Positions 1 through 12,610 of a stretch of DNA of 20,000 nt are shown piece after piece (positions within the stretch are counted from its first letter, which is position 1; the number at the start of each line of letters is the position of its first letter). Position numbers and translations under genes: made by a program. A model generated the notes under the pieces. That model had not been told where the DNA came from and did no database searches. It saw nothing but the letters and a program-made list of their open reading frames with translations. Source of the DNA: Trichoplax sp. H2 (Eukaryota); assembly GCA_003344405.1 (NCBI GenBank), contig NOWV01000146.1, positions 171,667 to 191,666 of the forward strand. Direction: 5' to 3'.

Positions 1-84
1 CCAGTATAACACCAAAAAGTGAAAACGACATCTATTTTACACATTCTGGTACAGTACACTGTACTGTGCACTACAGTGTACAGT

Positions 85-800
85 ATTGAAAGCAAAAGAT
101 GCTTTTTCTTCGCGCTGTTAACTAGGAACCCAAGGCAAAATGTCACTAATCAGAACAAATTAATTAATTATTCAACCCATTCTTATGTCCAATCTTACAG
201 TAAAAATGAACGTCTAATGTCGAACTACTAGTAGGACGTTGGTGAGAAGAAAAGTTTGATTTTTTCTTGGCGCTAGTACTGCACTGTGACTATGCTATAC
301 CTACCATAGCAGCAACTTCAGTAGTTAACTCAAGGCAAAGCCCCTACTGGACTCAACCAATTCTTCTGCCCAATCTTACAGTACAGTAAAAATGAACAGC
401 ATGTCCAACTACACGTTAGTGAGAAAGAAAAGCTTGGCTTTTTCTTGGCGCTAGTACTGCACTCTGACTATGCTACGCCTAGTGAGTAGTGAACAAAAAG
501 CAAAGCCCCAATTGGACTCTACCAATTCTTTCTGTACCTGTCTGTACAGTGTACATTGCGTATGCCCAATCTTACAGTAAAAAGAAGGGACACTTAACCA
601 CGGTGGGGGTGAGAAGAAAAGCTTTTGCTTTTTCTTCGCACTAGTACTGGCACTGTGACTATGCTACGCCAACAATAGCAGGGACTAGTCAACAAAAAAT
701 TTTCCATATCCATTAGCAACCCAAGCCAAAGTCCCAATTAATTCATTATTCAACTTGACAAATTCTTATGTCCAATCTTACATTGAAAAGGACAGAGAAA
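85..800. repeat. Degenerate ~180-205 bp tandem repeat, about 4 copies
   Basis: caatcttaca at 190, 371, 567 and 773; gtgaga(a)gaaaag...tttttctt..gcgctagtactgcactgtgactatgcta recurs. Confidence 0.88.
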
Positions 801-849
801 CACCACTGTCTACTCACTGTACAGTACTGTACAATATACAGTATGTCAT

Positions 850-1165
850 ATACAAGACCGGTATTACGACGCGACTTGGACAGTAAAATGCTTGCAGCGA
901 CCGGACATCAAACAGCGAATGATCGCTTGAACTCCAAACTTGAAACAAATAGAATCATTCAATACTGCAATAAAAAGGAATCACAATACCAAGAGCCAAT
1001 TGCTCAAGGTTGTACTGATCTATCTGCATGGAATTGGAGCCAAATTGAAAGTCCATTTCTTCAAAATGGAAAGACATAATGGAAGGCAATACTCTTGTAG
1101 AGTGGAACATCTTTCAACCATTTTACAGCGCTCGCCGCGCCCCTGGAAGAGTGGTCTTATACAAT
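850..1165 (+). mobile_element. Possible decayed Tc1/mariner transposase C-terminal fragment
   Basis: One frame reads IQD...TVKCLQRPDIKQRMIA*TPNLKQIESF...RNHNTKSQLLKVVL, then SAWN in a shifted frame; loosely resembles QQDN...WPxxSPDLNPIENLW...L...AW. No TIR identified. Confidence 0.3.
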
Positions 1166-2090
1166 TGCAACCCTAGAGGAAGGCTATGGAAAAATCGCGG
1201 AGTTTTACCAAGGGTGGTGAGAAACAGAGGGAAAGTTGGGGGTTGACTAGTCTCTGACTTGTATCTAAGCAATGCAATTATTACAATTGACAACTTTAGC
1301 ATCTTCAACTAAAGGCATCGAAGTGTAGTATAAATACCACGGCGCCGCTCATTTTAGGAAGACTATGGAAAAATCGCGGAGTTTTACCAAGGGTGATGAG
1401 AAACAGAGGGAAAGTTGGGGGTTGACTAGTCTCTGACTTATATCTAAGCAATGCAATTATTACAATTGACAACTTTAGCATCTTAAACTAAAAGCATCGA
1501 AGTGTAGTATAAATACCATGGCGCAGCTCATTTTAGGAAGACTATAGAAAAATTGGACTTCTGGTAAGGGATGGTGAGGAACAGTTGGAAAATTGAGGGT
1601 TGACTAGTCCCTGACCTGTAACTAAGCAATGCAATTACTGCAATTGACAACTTTTGCATCTTAAACTAAAGGCATCGAAGAGTAGTATAAATACCCCGGC
1701 CGGCGCCGCTCATTTGAAGCGAGGGTGGGTGGCATATACTTTACACTAGTGTACACTGTACGGTGCAACCCTTTAGGAAGACTATGCAAAAATCGGAGTT
1801 TCCCCAAGGGGTGGTGAGGAACAGAGGGAAAGTTGGGGCTTGACTAGTCTCTGACCTGTATCTAAGCAATGCAATTATTACAATTGACAACTTTTGCATC
1901 TTAAACTAAAGGCATCGAAGAGTAGTATAAATACCCCCCCCCGGCGCTGCGCATTTTAGGAAGACTATGGAAAAATCGGAATTTCGGTAAGGGGTGGTGT
2001 GCAACTGAGGGAAAATTGAGGGTTGACTAATCTATGGCCTGTAACTAAGCAATGGAACTATTGCAATTGACAACTTTTGCATCTTAAGCT
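1165..2090. repeat. 179-bp tandem repeat, 5 copies, with a ~60-bp interruption after copy 3
   Basis: aggaag(a/g)ctat starts at 1177, 1356, 1535, 1775 and 1958. Confidence 0.95.
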
Positions 2091-3426
2091 AGTAGGAAAT
2101 CTGCTAAATCTCCTTCTCCATCATCATGACTACAGCATTTAGTACAGTACTGTACATTTAGCGTGCAATAGGTGTACAGTAACTCCAGTTATCCGCAGGG
2201 ACCGCGTACACTATATGAAAGACAAATCAACAGGGCAAAGAAAAAGTATAACAGAGCTAATGTACTACTGTATATTGTGCATGAATTTATTTAAAAAGAT
2301 CCATAATCATAATCTAGACAGTTGTAGCATCGTCAGACGCGTAAAAATCACACAACGCATGCATTCACATTCTAAATTTATCTCCAGATAGTAGCTAGTA
2401 CATATCCGTGGGCTGTACTCCTAGTAAACAGCTTGATATATTTAAAACGCAATATTTAGGACTTTTTAAATGATCGTTTATTGGAATATTATCAGATTAT
2501 AGTTTACATATTTAATAAAGGCAAGGTACAGACCGCATAAAATGAGGTATATCTTTAATTGACATCTATCTTACTTCATGACCAGCTATACCTACATTTT
2601 TTTATGGATAGGGTCACATTATTAATAGGATTGGGTAACGTTCAATGTAGATATTGCACAAGCTATAGCTTCTACTCAATACTAATCTATCTTCTTTAAT
2701 TGCTAGATGATATTATATGACATCTTTTCATCATATGGGCTCAAGGTTAATTCTGCCAATTATTTGCAACTTTAATAAAGCCCACTTGGGTAATATAATA
2801 TTCCTTCCTGTGTACACGTCCTAAAAAAGAAATAAAAAAGTTTATCAATAAATACGCTATATTAACTATATATACAATAATCCTGACCGTAGTTATTGTT
2901 ATTGTTAGGCAAGTATAGCTAATAATATATTATTATTAACGACTAGAATACTGCTGGGTCTTGTGCATTATAATATTTTTAGAACGACTAGATTAAACTG
3001 CATCTAATAGTAACTCGCGACAAGTAGAGTACGCGCGTAAACGGATGCTCGACATATGGACTGCAAGAGGACCTACCTACCATTCATTCTAATGTAGCGT
3101 AAAGTAACATTTAAAATCTATTTCAATCCATAAGCAAAAAAAGCAAAATTGTTGGGTCTACTTTAATTTCATCCTTGTTCAATCTTTAATCCCATTAGTA
3201 TTCTTACTATACTGAAACATTGTATCTGGTATCAGGAACATCAAGAAAATATAAAAATAAAAGCAACCCAAATTTGATCCTAATGGTTGATATCAATTAC
3301 AGTATCTATCGTGTAAACTCATACAGCAGAAAGAAAGCTAAATTCTATTTTGAGCACAAAACTAACATTTGTATTCGATCAACTACAGTAGTACAAATCT
3401 TTACCAATAATTTGGCCGGTATAGGC

Positions 3427-4175
3427 TTAGGCTTTCGATTTTAGTATGTTTGAGCTATGATGGAGTTTCTCGGTATTGAATTTTTTATTATAACCATCTC
3501 TTTTCTGCGAAACCGACAATTTATCGTTCCGCTTGGCTGATAAAATGCCTTTGAAATGAGTACTGCCCTTTAATCTTAATTGCGGGTGATAATTGGTTTT
3601 TGATAATTTCGCATTAGAACGAAATTCTCTCTTGAACAAACTCAACCCAGGAATATTTTTATCTTCCTCTTCCTCTTTATGAGAAGTAGCAGTGGGATCG
3701 TGCCTAACATTAAATTCGCTAAATAATGGATTGTGTCTTTCGTTAAACCAACTAATGAGAGGGTCTTCTGACTCTTGTCTTTCCTCAAACCAACTAATTA
3801 AGGGATCTTGCCTTCGTTTCAAATTATTGAAATCTGCGTCTGAAAAGATGTGTCTCTTCTTAAACAGACTAATACCAGTATTAGAACGAGCTTGTCTTTC
3901 ATTAGATAAGCTAATACTAGCACCAGGAGGAGCTTGCCTATCGTTGAATAAGCTAATACCAGGTCCTTGTCTCTCATTAAATAAGCTAATACCAGGTTCT
4001 TGTCTCTCATTAAATAAGCTAATACCAGGTTCTTGTCTCTCATTAAATAAGCTAATACCAGGTTCTTGTCTCTCATTAAATAAGCTAATACCAGAGTCAG
4101 GAGGCGCCTGTCTTTTTTTAAACCAATTTATAATAGGTTCTTGATTGTTCTTGTATACATGACGATCAGTTATCT
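3427..4175 (-). CDS. Gene A exon 2: peptide repeats and C-terminus
   Basis: Open for 749 nt; extends the supplied ORF 3427..3822 upstream in frame to a TAG acceptor. Confidence 0.92.
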
Positions 4176-4444
4176 CTATTACGATGCAGTTAAAAAATAT
4201 TCAATACGAGTATGCAAGTAAATTATAAAGTAATCATATCAGTTGATTTAATCTACGACTAGTTAACTTCTAAATCATCGTTTCACTTAAAAATTGCAAG
4301 GAGCTTTGTCAATGAAGTATGGAGCATCGTTAATTTTTGTTTGCATAGTTATATACGATATATGCAATAGCGTATTGCTTTACCTTTGCATGTTGCGATA
4401 GCATTAAGGCCAATGATGGTAACAACTAATAGACAGATCTTCAT
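3427..4444 (-). CDS. Gene A: LF-type neuropeptide precursor, join(4444-4384, 4175-3427), 269 aa; resembles the placozoan LF prohormone
   Basis: Exon 1 (ATG at 4444) gives MKICLLVVTIIGLNAIATCK and ends G|GTAAAG. A 208-nt phase-1 intron (4383-4176) ends ...GTAATAG|. Spliced protein: MKICLLVVTIIGLNAIATCKEITDRHVYKNNQEPIINWF-KKR-QAPPDSGISLFNE-R-(QEPGISLFNE-R)x3-QGPGISLFND-R-QAPPGASISLSNE-R-QARSNTGISLF-KKR-HIFSDADFNNL-KRR-QDPLISWFEE-R-QESEDPLISWFNE-R-HNPLFSEFNV-R-...NIPGLSLF-KR-...KSKA*. Signal peptide plus repeated Gln-initiated peptides and basic cleavage sites. Family name is from recollection. Confidence 0.92.
3943..4094. repeat. 33-bp coding tandem repeat (QEPGISLFNER units)
   Basis: cttgtctctcattaaataagctaataccaggtt repeated about 4.5 times, nearly perfectly, without spacers. 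Confidence 0.95.
4384..4444 (-). CDS. Gene A exon 1: signal peptide
   Basis: 61 nt, MKICLLVVTIIGLNAIATCK plus 1 nt, basic-hydrophobic-small residue pattern, canonical GT donor, phase matches exon 2. Confidence 0.88.
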
Positions 4445-7400
4445 TTCGCCTAATCTTTCAATAAAAGCGTTATTAATATTGGACTATAAAAATATTTGCG
4501 AAATATGGTTCAAGTTCATACTTTGATAGTAGAGTAGTTACAGGTGAAATTATTTTTTAATCATTTGTTCAGTAAGATCTGTATAATTACACTATTTGCA
4601 GTTCTTAACTTAAAGTACAAGCAAAAGATTAAACAAATAATACTTGATTAATAAATTTACCTTATACACATACATTACATTTTTTTGTATATTAAATACG
4701 CATAAAATACTTATTCCAAAATATTCAAACTTTCTAAGATACGCTAACTTTTTAACAGTTACCTTCTGATAAATCCCTTAATTGGTATTGCTCAACTAAA
4801 CTGCAATATTTAACGAAAAAGTTGCAATTCGCCGCTATATATCTAAAAAGTGAACAAAAGAATTCATTCTTCCTAATCTATTTCTATTTAACTTTATCAG
4901 ACTCCACCTACCCGTACCTAAGTATAATTATGATAAATAGATAAAATAAAATTTTCTTAGCCACAATAGGTCATTTCATACTCTGGCCCAATCTGTCAGT
5001 AAATAAAATATTTCCCTGAAATACTCAACAGTGGCAAAATTAATAAAACCAAAGATCAATAGCAATAAATCTAATTATAACGATGATATGTATTTTATTT
5101 ATTCGCTAAGGCATACTATCCATTATTGTAACAGATAAATAGTAATACTGTGTTGCATCACTATATTTCAATCCTTAAGAAATTAAAAGCCATCTAAAAT
5201 GAAATATAATTAACTTACCTCTTTTGTTATGCTAGATTAATGTATTTGTAAATATAGTTATACTAAATACTGATTATAAGTAACGGATACACTGATCATT
5301 AGATTATATCTATGGACAATAATTTAATTTAATATAATGTTGAATTAATTGCTAAAAATGTTATATTAATTTTAAGGACGTATTTAACACCATAAAATTT
5401 TCAAAGTGAACTTTTCGTTATCAGAGAAGAGGAATGGCAGACTTTGTGTCTGACCATTTTTGACCTAAATTCTATCAAAGTATCTTGCCTAAAGTATTCA
5501 CGTTCAATAGAAACTGTTATAAATAGATTAATAAAGTTATCTATTCCACACTCACTTAATTTCATCATCACGTAAACCACAATTACAATTATTGTTGACC
5601 TTATTTTTAATTGTTTCATAATATCAACAATGGTCTGATTTACCAATATCTTATTATATATCAAACAGATTTATCTTGGATTTATTCATCTGAAAGGTAC
5701 AAAAAAAACTAAGAATCAACTGAAGAATATATAGAAGCTTAGGAAATTAATATTATGATTTACTAGATGCTTAGACAACAACAAAAATGCCTAACGGTAG
5801 CTCTATTTGTCATTATTATTATTGTCTAGAATGCCTAAGCTACTGTGTGTAAATAACTTAATAGAGAGAATGCTATCTTTACAGCAAGATACACAGCTGC
5901 AACTAGACCAATTTAAGGAACGTTATTTTACGCTCTCATTGTATTAATATTATCATGCTTTATTGCGTTTAGGAAGAAACATAGTTGGTAGAAAATGAGG
6001 TTTATATCTATATCCTAAAAAATTTCATCATTTTTCTGTTTATAGGTTAAGGTATATGTAATTATGTTATTAATTTAACCTTTTACTTATACATCACATC
6101 AAATCATTTTGAACAATAACTGTATTATACATGCCTAATAAACAGATTGTGCGAAGAACGCATTTGGAATTCTAAAATCTATATTTAATTATGATGTCAA
6201 AATCTTTTTCTATAGTGCAGTAATAATATATCATGGTTATATAATTTTTATCTGATTATTTAAGATAGAAAATTAATACAAAATGATTTGAAAGTTTAGT
6301 TGAGTTTATCATTACTTAAACCTTTGCATTATTATTCGAAAATTGAGTTTTAACCGTCATAATTAAACGAGTAGTTATAATCAATTTCAAATTTGCTACT
6401 GGCAATGACATAACATAAGTGATTGTAAACAGAAGGAAATTTTTATTTTGATCACAAGCAAGTTCATTTTTTATTACAAAAAAAATCTTAGCGAAAGAGG
6501 TGCAGGTGGATCTATCTTTCATAATTTCAATACTTGATTAAACAAATTAATTTCTGGAATTGTAAAAAGAAAGTTTCTGAAAAATTATTTTGTTTACATC
6601 TTATTGATAATTATTATAATAGAATTATTATTATAGACCACAAAATACATTTTTTTAGCAAGCAGATACTATTGTACTTAATTATATACATAAAGACAGT
6701 ATGATTTCATATTTGCTTCCATTGTCTAAATGGGATGAAAACCAATAAAATTTTCCATATCATATTATAAATATCTGTAAAAATCCACTGAAATAATCAT
6801 AAAGTGTGCCTGCAAAGTCCTGATAATCTCTATAATTATTACCAAGACTACTTGTATTTATTATAATGAAGAACTTAATACATATGTTACCATTCTAGTA
6901 TAAAACGGAACAAGAAAGCTATAAACGCGATAATAAGTAATGTCTGCTGCATATTAACATTTTATCGTTACCGCTAACGGTTAAGTATACAATCGAAATT
7001 TTTAGAAGTAAAATTACCTCCCCCTGGCAATAGTTATAGGATAATCATATTTGAACAGTTACCATAATTGAGCTTACAAATTGTGGAATTATCGGAGTTC
7101 TACTTGTATATCTGTATTGTTGAATCAGACAGGATAATCATATAAGTCAACTGGTTAAGCCTTCAGAAATACCTTAATAAAGCATCTAAGAATAGATATC
7201 GAGCTAAATATCAAAGGTATTAACATACTGTAGTGCAGTCTTTCATTTAACGTTTAGCGGACACGGAAGTATTGCTATTACAAGTCATTGAAATTTCAAC
7301 TAGCATCATAGCGGCATAATGCTTAAATATAGACACTTTTTTGTCTGTAAGGATTAAAGACTTATTGTTAATAAATCCTGTAACAAGATTCAAATATAGC

Positions 7401-10400
7401 TTATAGATTGAAATTAGTAATTCTCTAATGATCATATGGGATAAATATCATAAATAGGTGTGATAGTCAAGCCGCACAAGTATATAATAGAATTCCATTC
7501 TGTTATAATTTGTTTCTTATTTGGGTGAAGTATAGTGATCACATACAATAAAGTATCTCCTTATTTTTAGGCACCATAATCAATAGTTTATGTTTTCGGT
7601 TGTGAACTATTAGACCACCTGCACCCTTTTCGAGCGTAATACCAATATTAACAAATGAAATACTAGAAAAATATGCATTGATTTAACCGCAAATTGCTCA
7701 TTATGAGTCCTTAATAGAACCTTCAATTACTCTTGCTCGCCTGTAATTTAAATGATCTGATGGAAATAAATACAACTAAACTTTCACTACATTTATTACA
7801 ATTTTACTCACCACTTAGTTTTATCAATAAACTATTATCTACTTCGTTATATTTACTATATTTACTTTAAGCAAATTAGCAATTTACGTGTAGAACTTTC
7901 AGTACAATTGTACTATTACTTTGATCGTGATTTGGGATGTGTATATGTCCTCTACAGTACATCTCCACATTCATTTATTTTTTTACTTACCTATCTTTAC
8001 AATGACAACGCCATTAAGGATTTAACGCTAACTAATAAGACGGTAAACAGATAATATACTTTATTATTGGCGTAAGGTACTTCAGTAAAATTGATGGCTG
8101 ATAATCATTTGCTCGCCTTGTTATTTTAGAGTGTAGGAATGACTTTGGAGCATAGCATGTCATGGAGAGCCTATAGTACATATAAATGGAAAGAGGCCTG
8201 TAATTATCAGTGGTTTTTAACTCCCCCACGGAAATAATAATTGTATTCTACATCGATAGTTGAAATCTGCATTCCATTTCAATTTGCAAATTCTTTGCCC
8301 TCATGGTCTATCGTTTAGAATCATGATTCCCTAGCAGTAGAATTACTATGTCTAAAATATTATTTATAGAGTAATTGTAAATTTGGCAGGTGAAACTGAT
8401 TTTATTAGACTCTTATTTACTCATAAGTAGGACTGGATAAAGCAGCTTTATTTTACAATAACGGCAAAAGCAAGTATTCCAACGGAAGTAAACCAACTTC
8501 ACATTGGGAATTTCCGAGAAGTAAAAACATAAATCTTTGTAACCAATTAACGAAATCTCCTAAAAGGATTATAGTATTGTTAGTCATCGAATGTAAGACC
8601 TTCTCTACACTTGCAGTATATTTTTTCGGACTACTATCGTGTCTAGACGAGTCGTTTGTATTGCTATTACCTATTTTTATTTTATTACACAAATCTGATA
8701 TTTAAACTAACCTTTTCATTTTGAAAAGAACGTTCATTAAATTAATTTATTTTCCGCATTGACCCTTGCCCTTATACGAAGAACTTAATGTCATCTCGTC
8801 ATCCTGGCCTCTGGCCCTATAAATGGTTCCAGTTTTAATATCTAGGCTAATGGATTATAATAACCAGTAATTTATTGCCTTGTATTGCTATGTATAAAAT
8901 TAAAAGTAACTAAATTTGTAATCGTTATTGCACACTGCTCTGATCCGTAATAACCTCGTTATCGGTTTACCCTCAGCACTTATTGTACTGTATAATCTGA
9001 TAAAATAATGTGGAATACTCGTATATCCATTAAAAAGTTACACCTTTAATGCCTTCTATTTTATAAGTTTCGGCTTATAACAAGGCCAATTCAATTGCTA
9101 CGGAGAGCTGTAAGATGATTTAGTTAGAATCGAAAATAAAAATATTGTCTATTGCATTTCAGGTTGCTGTCGACAAGTTCTACAAGTTATCTAATCTAAA
9201 TACTCAATTTCATTTCACCTGTTTAAATTCTAAGTAACCCTGTCATTGAAATATATTGCATGCTAATACCGTCACAATAAGAACTCTTATAAAACACCAT
9301 ATCCGATTTCCAATGATTTGCTCATTTTAATTGCTATCAGAATAAACTCAATTAAAATAAATAGTTACAGAAATAGAAGTAAGAAATCAACGAATGGTTG
9401 ATGAATCTATTTAAATAATTTCAGTTCATTAATTCGTGTGATAAAGTCACGTAGGATTTACCTTAGCCATTAAAAACATATTTTGAAGTAATTTACGTTT
9501 ATGAGTTGTTAAAATAATTGCAAAAGGAAATGGAATTTTATTTTACAGGGTAAGAAATCTAGCGTAATGTTGGACCATACATATCATCAATCTTTTTGTA
9601 CGGAATATATTGCTTTATACACGTATCGAGGGAATCACAAAAGGAATCTGTGCTAAGGACCAAGTTATAATCCACAAGTATTTTAACCAATAACAACCCT
9701 CTTACGGTAATACCAAAGTTGAAAATTGATTTTAGTTAAATTTCGTTTCTTTTCTAACTAATAAGCTCATTCTGGATTATAAATACAAGCACCACTTACA
9801 ATACCTACGACTTTTAATATCCTTGCAAAGCACTATTAAATCTACTGCATCGCAGTAAACTTGGAAAATAGAGCTACTACACCGGTCTTGATCCCCTACT
9901 GTGAAAATCTATGATTGTGCTTAAAGGAAGTCAGTGTAAAACAAAATCTAAAAATCTGCAGCAATACCAAATTGTAAGCACAGTTGCAATATCAAACTAT
10001 TTTCTAGAACAAATAATAAGAACTAACGACTCTATTTTCTTTTACTTTATCACATAGATAGGCTGCGCTTAGACCTAGATGTCTATGGCTGCAAATACGA
10101 TACCTCCGACTACAGTTGCGGATATCAATGTCAAATACTACTCCATTAAACTGTCTAGATAATAAACCGGCAAGCAACCTTCTTTAAGACGATCTTTTAC
10201 CTTGCCATGTTATTCAAACTGAAAATAATAAGAAATATAGTGATCTTAACGTCGAAATCTGCAGATGCTACATCTTGACAAATCAGCGGGTAAAAAGTGT
10301 TTCCTTGAAGATATTGCATCTAATAGTCAGCTATTCCTAATTACGTGTAGAACTCGAATTTAGGCGGCTAAGGATTAACGTATGATAGAAAACTCTGTTG

Positions 10401-10667
10401 CATGAGCTAAAAAATTATTACAACATGCATTTCTTTTTCTATGATTTTTATCTACTGTTATGGTACAAAACCTGCTATGTACTCCTACCATAATGTAAAC
10501 GCTGAACGTGGGATTGCTTGAGCAATAACTGCGTAATGAGTGCTACCATCCGCGACGCTATTACTAGCTACAGAATAAACTTTTGCTCATAAACTAGTAT
10601 TTTTTCTTTTAGCAGGAATGAATGCTACAATACGGTATCAATCCATCTCATTAGTTTCATGCTGTTG

Positions 10668-10925
10668 CACAATCTTGTTCTTTATTGTTGTTATTTCTTA
10701 AATAAATTGAAAGAATCGGACTGACCGACATGCTATCAAAATAAAAGACTTGGTGGGCAATGTTAAGCTAACGTGTAGTCTTGTTGTTGTTGTTGTTGTT
10801 TATTGCTGTTATTTCTTAAATAAATTGAAGGAATTTGACCGATCGAAATACTACCAAAATAAATTACTTGATGGGCAATGTTAAGCTAACGTGCAATCTT
10901 GTTGTTTATCGTTGTAATTTTTAAA
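10668..10925. repeat. 118-bp direct repeat (about 2.3 copies) with internal (TTG)n
   Basis: tgggcaatgttaagctaacgtg at 10754 and 10872; ttatttcttaaataaattgaa at 10691 and 10809. Confidence 0.9.
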
Positions 10926-11935
10926 CATATTTTAGCCAGAAAAATAAGACGTGGCATGATGATATGGTAATGTTATTAAAAAAATGTCCGTAAGTGGAAG
11001 CCTGGATCGCCCGAGTCAAATACCTTACGGCTTTGATTGAGAATGTTCGGAAATTAGTTGGATGCTAGGCTGAGCTCAGTATCACTTATTCGCAACTTGG
11101 TTTATACCGATTTTATCACAAATAATAATTAAAATTGGCAATACCTTACCTCATAAACATTTTGCAGTAATAGTTTACTCGACGAGAAATGCACAAAGGT
11201 GAAGATCTTACTAATCAAAACTATTCTTGGGAGAACATGGAAGGCTTTTTTTACACATGGTACCGAACTATAGTTTCCAATCATGTCAGAGCAACATCGT
11301 CTTTAAATATTGCCGACAATATCCTTGATGACAATGATTTACTCATAAACAATTTCTTTATTTTACATTGAATATGATTGTTGTTAAAATGGCACACTGA
11401 GATTCCATAGAAGAATGCAGAAAAAATAGAATCTTTTCTGTAGGAGTCATTTGCATAGCGTAAAGGAAAAGCCTTTCACTCTATTTGTCCTAATGGTGAA
11501 CTGTCCTTTCCTGGCCGAGCTAAGAAAAATGGACATTTCAAAAAGTAAAATTGATCACAATCAAAAAAATTTAGAAGGTTGTTAAACATTATACAATATA
11601 CTAGATAGGATAAATTTTAAAAATTGAATACTGTTACCACACTATGAGCAACGAAAATGCATAACTCGTATCATTTTTAATACTAACACTAAAGGCGAAT
11701 GAATTGCCAATTTGGTAAGTTTTCAACTCTCTAGTTTAAACTAAGAACGACTCATGGAGAAAATTAATCCCTGCACTCTAATTTGCTGCTTAGGGACTCC
11801 TTATCAAAAGCAATTTTCATCGATAAAATTGATAATTTTTACAGTAGCATGGGAGTTTTCCGATGCCTCCATCATGGTTGCATCTGTTTAACTTGCACTT
11901 GGAAATAAAGGGAGTAATAACTGAGACTTTCCGGT

Positions 11936-12010
11936 CTCCCCATTTACTCTCTCTCTCTCTCTCTCCTACTATATAATCCCCGGGGATTAGAGAGAGAAAG
12001 TAGACGGTGG
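11936..12010. repeat. Inverted repeat: perfect 16-bp palindrome flanked by (CT)n and (AG)n arms
   Basis: taatccccggggatta at 11974-11989; (ct)9 at 11947-11964 is complementary to gagagagaaagta on the right. Confidence 0.8.
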
Positions 12011-12202
12011 AAAAAGGATTAATACTTTACTTAAGTAGTTTCTGGTCATAAAGAGAAACCAAAATACGAAAAAATAAATTTTGCAAAAGAACCAAGAATT
12101 GAAACCCGTTTCGTTCTGAAATCAATGTTCTAGATTTTACAAGTGCAGTATTTTGATGGTTAACTTAATTGATGATCCATAGGTCATCAATAATGATTTA
12201 AC

Positions 12203-12610
12203 AATTCACACAAATACTTCAATTTGGATTTTTTTTGAAATCTGCATACTTCCACTTATTCTTATAAAAGATATATCTAAATTTATTCCTAGCCAATTAA
12301 CAAGAGAGAATTCTATAGTAGCTTTAGCGCGATAGTTGTAAACCTATTTCAACAAGGAGAACTATAGCAAACTTTCAGCTTAGAGATGTGCATCACCTTG
12401 TGATCAGGATCCCGACAGAACAGTGAATTCACACAAATCTTTCACTTTGGGCATCGTTTTAAAATCTAAACACTTCCATTAATTCTTAAAACGTCAAGAT
12501 AAAATCCAAATCTATTCCAACATGGTGAGCTGGAGAGAATTCTGTATTAGCTTTAGCACTGCATATGCAAATCGATTCAAACAAAAAGAACCGAAGCCAT
12601 CTTCAGGCTA
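12203..12610. repeat. Diverged direct repeat, period about 223 bp, 2 copies
   Basis: aattcacacaaat at 12203 and 12426; gagagaattct...tagctttagc in both copies. Confidence 0.85.

Noticed and set aside
3819-4076. 85-aa minus ORF (MRDKNLVLAYL)n
   Set aside because: Alternative frame of the same repeat, overlapping the true exon.
3943-4094. CRISPR-like array
   Set aside because: Contiguous 33-bp units without unique spacers, in-frame coding, eukaryotic context, no cas genes seen.
3692-4144. 150-aa plus-strand repetitive ORF (CLSLNKLIPGS)n
   Set aside because: Antisense shadow of gene A's 33-bp repeat; the minus frame has the signal peptide, splice sites and cleavage sites.
5401-7435. Short minus-strand ORFs (5401-5664, 6316-6522, 7247-7435) as exons of a membrane transporter
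   Set aside because: I could not build a consistent splice chain or find a family motif; probably antisense to decayed plus-strand coding sequence.
8032-8692. Non-LTR retrotransposon relic on the minus strand (IILLGDFVNWL; KTTDNYRPLSI)
   Set aside because: The motifs resemble APE and RT signatures but are only about 350 nt apart with no other RT motifs. The same bases fit the collinear plus-strand discoidin relic better. Not fully excluded.
11150-11215. Relic signal-peptide exon of a third LF gene (strong GAG|GTAAGG donor on the minus strand)
   Set aside because: No suitable in-frame ATG and a poor hydrophobic core; it overlaps plus-strand PTP-like remnants.
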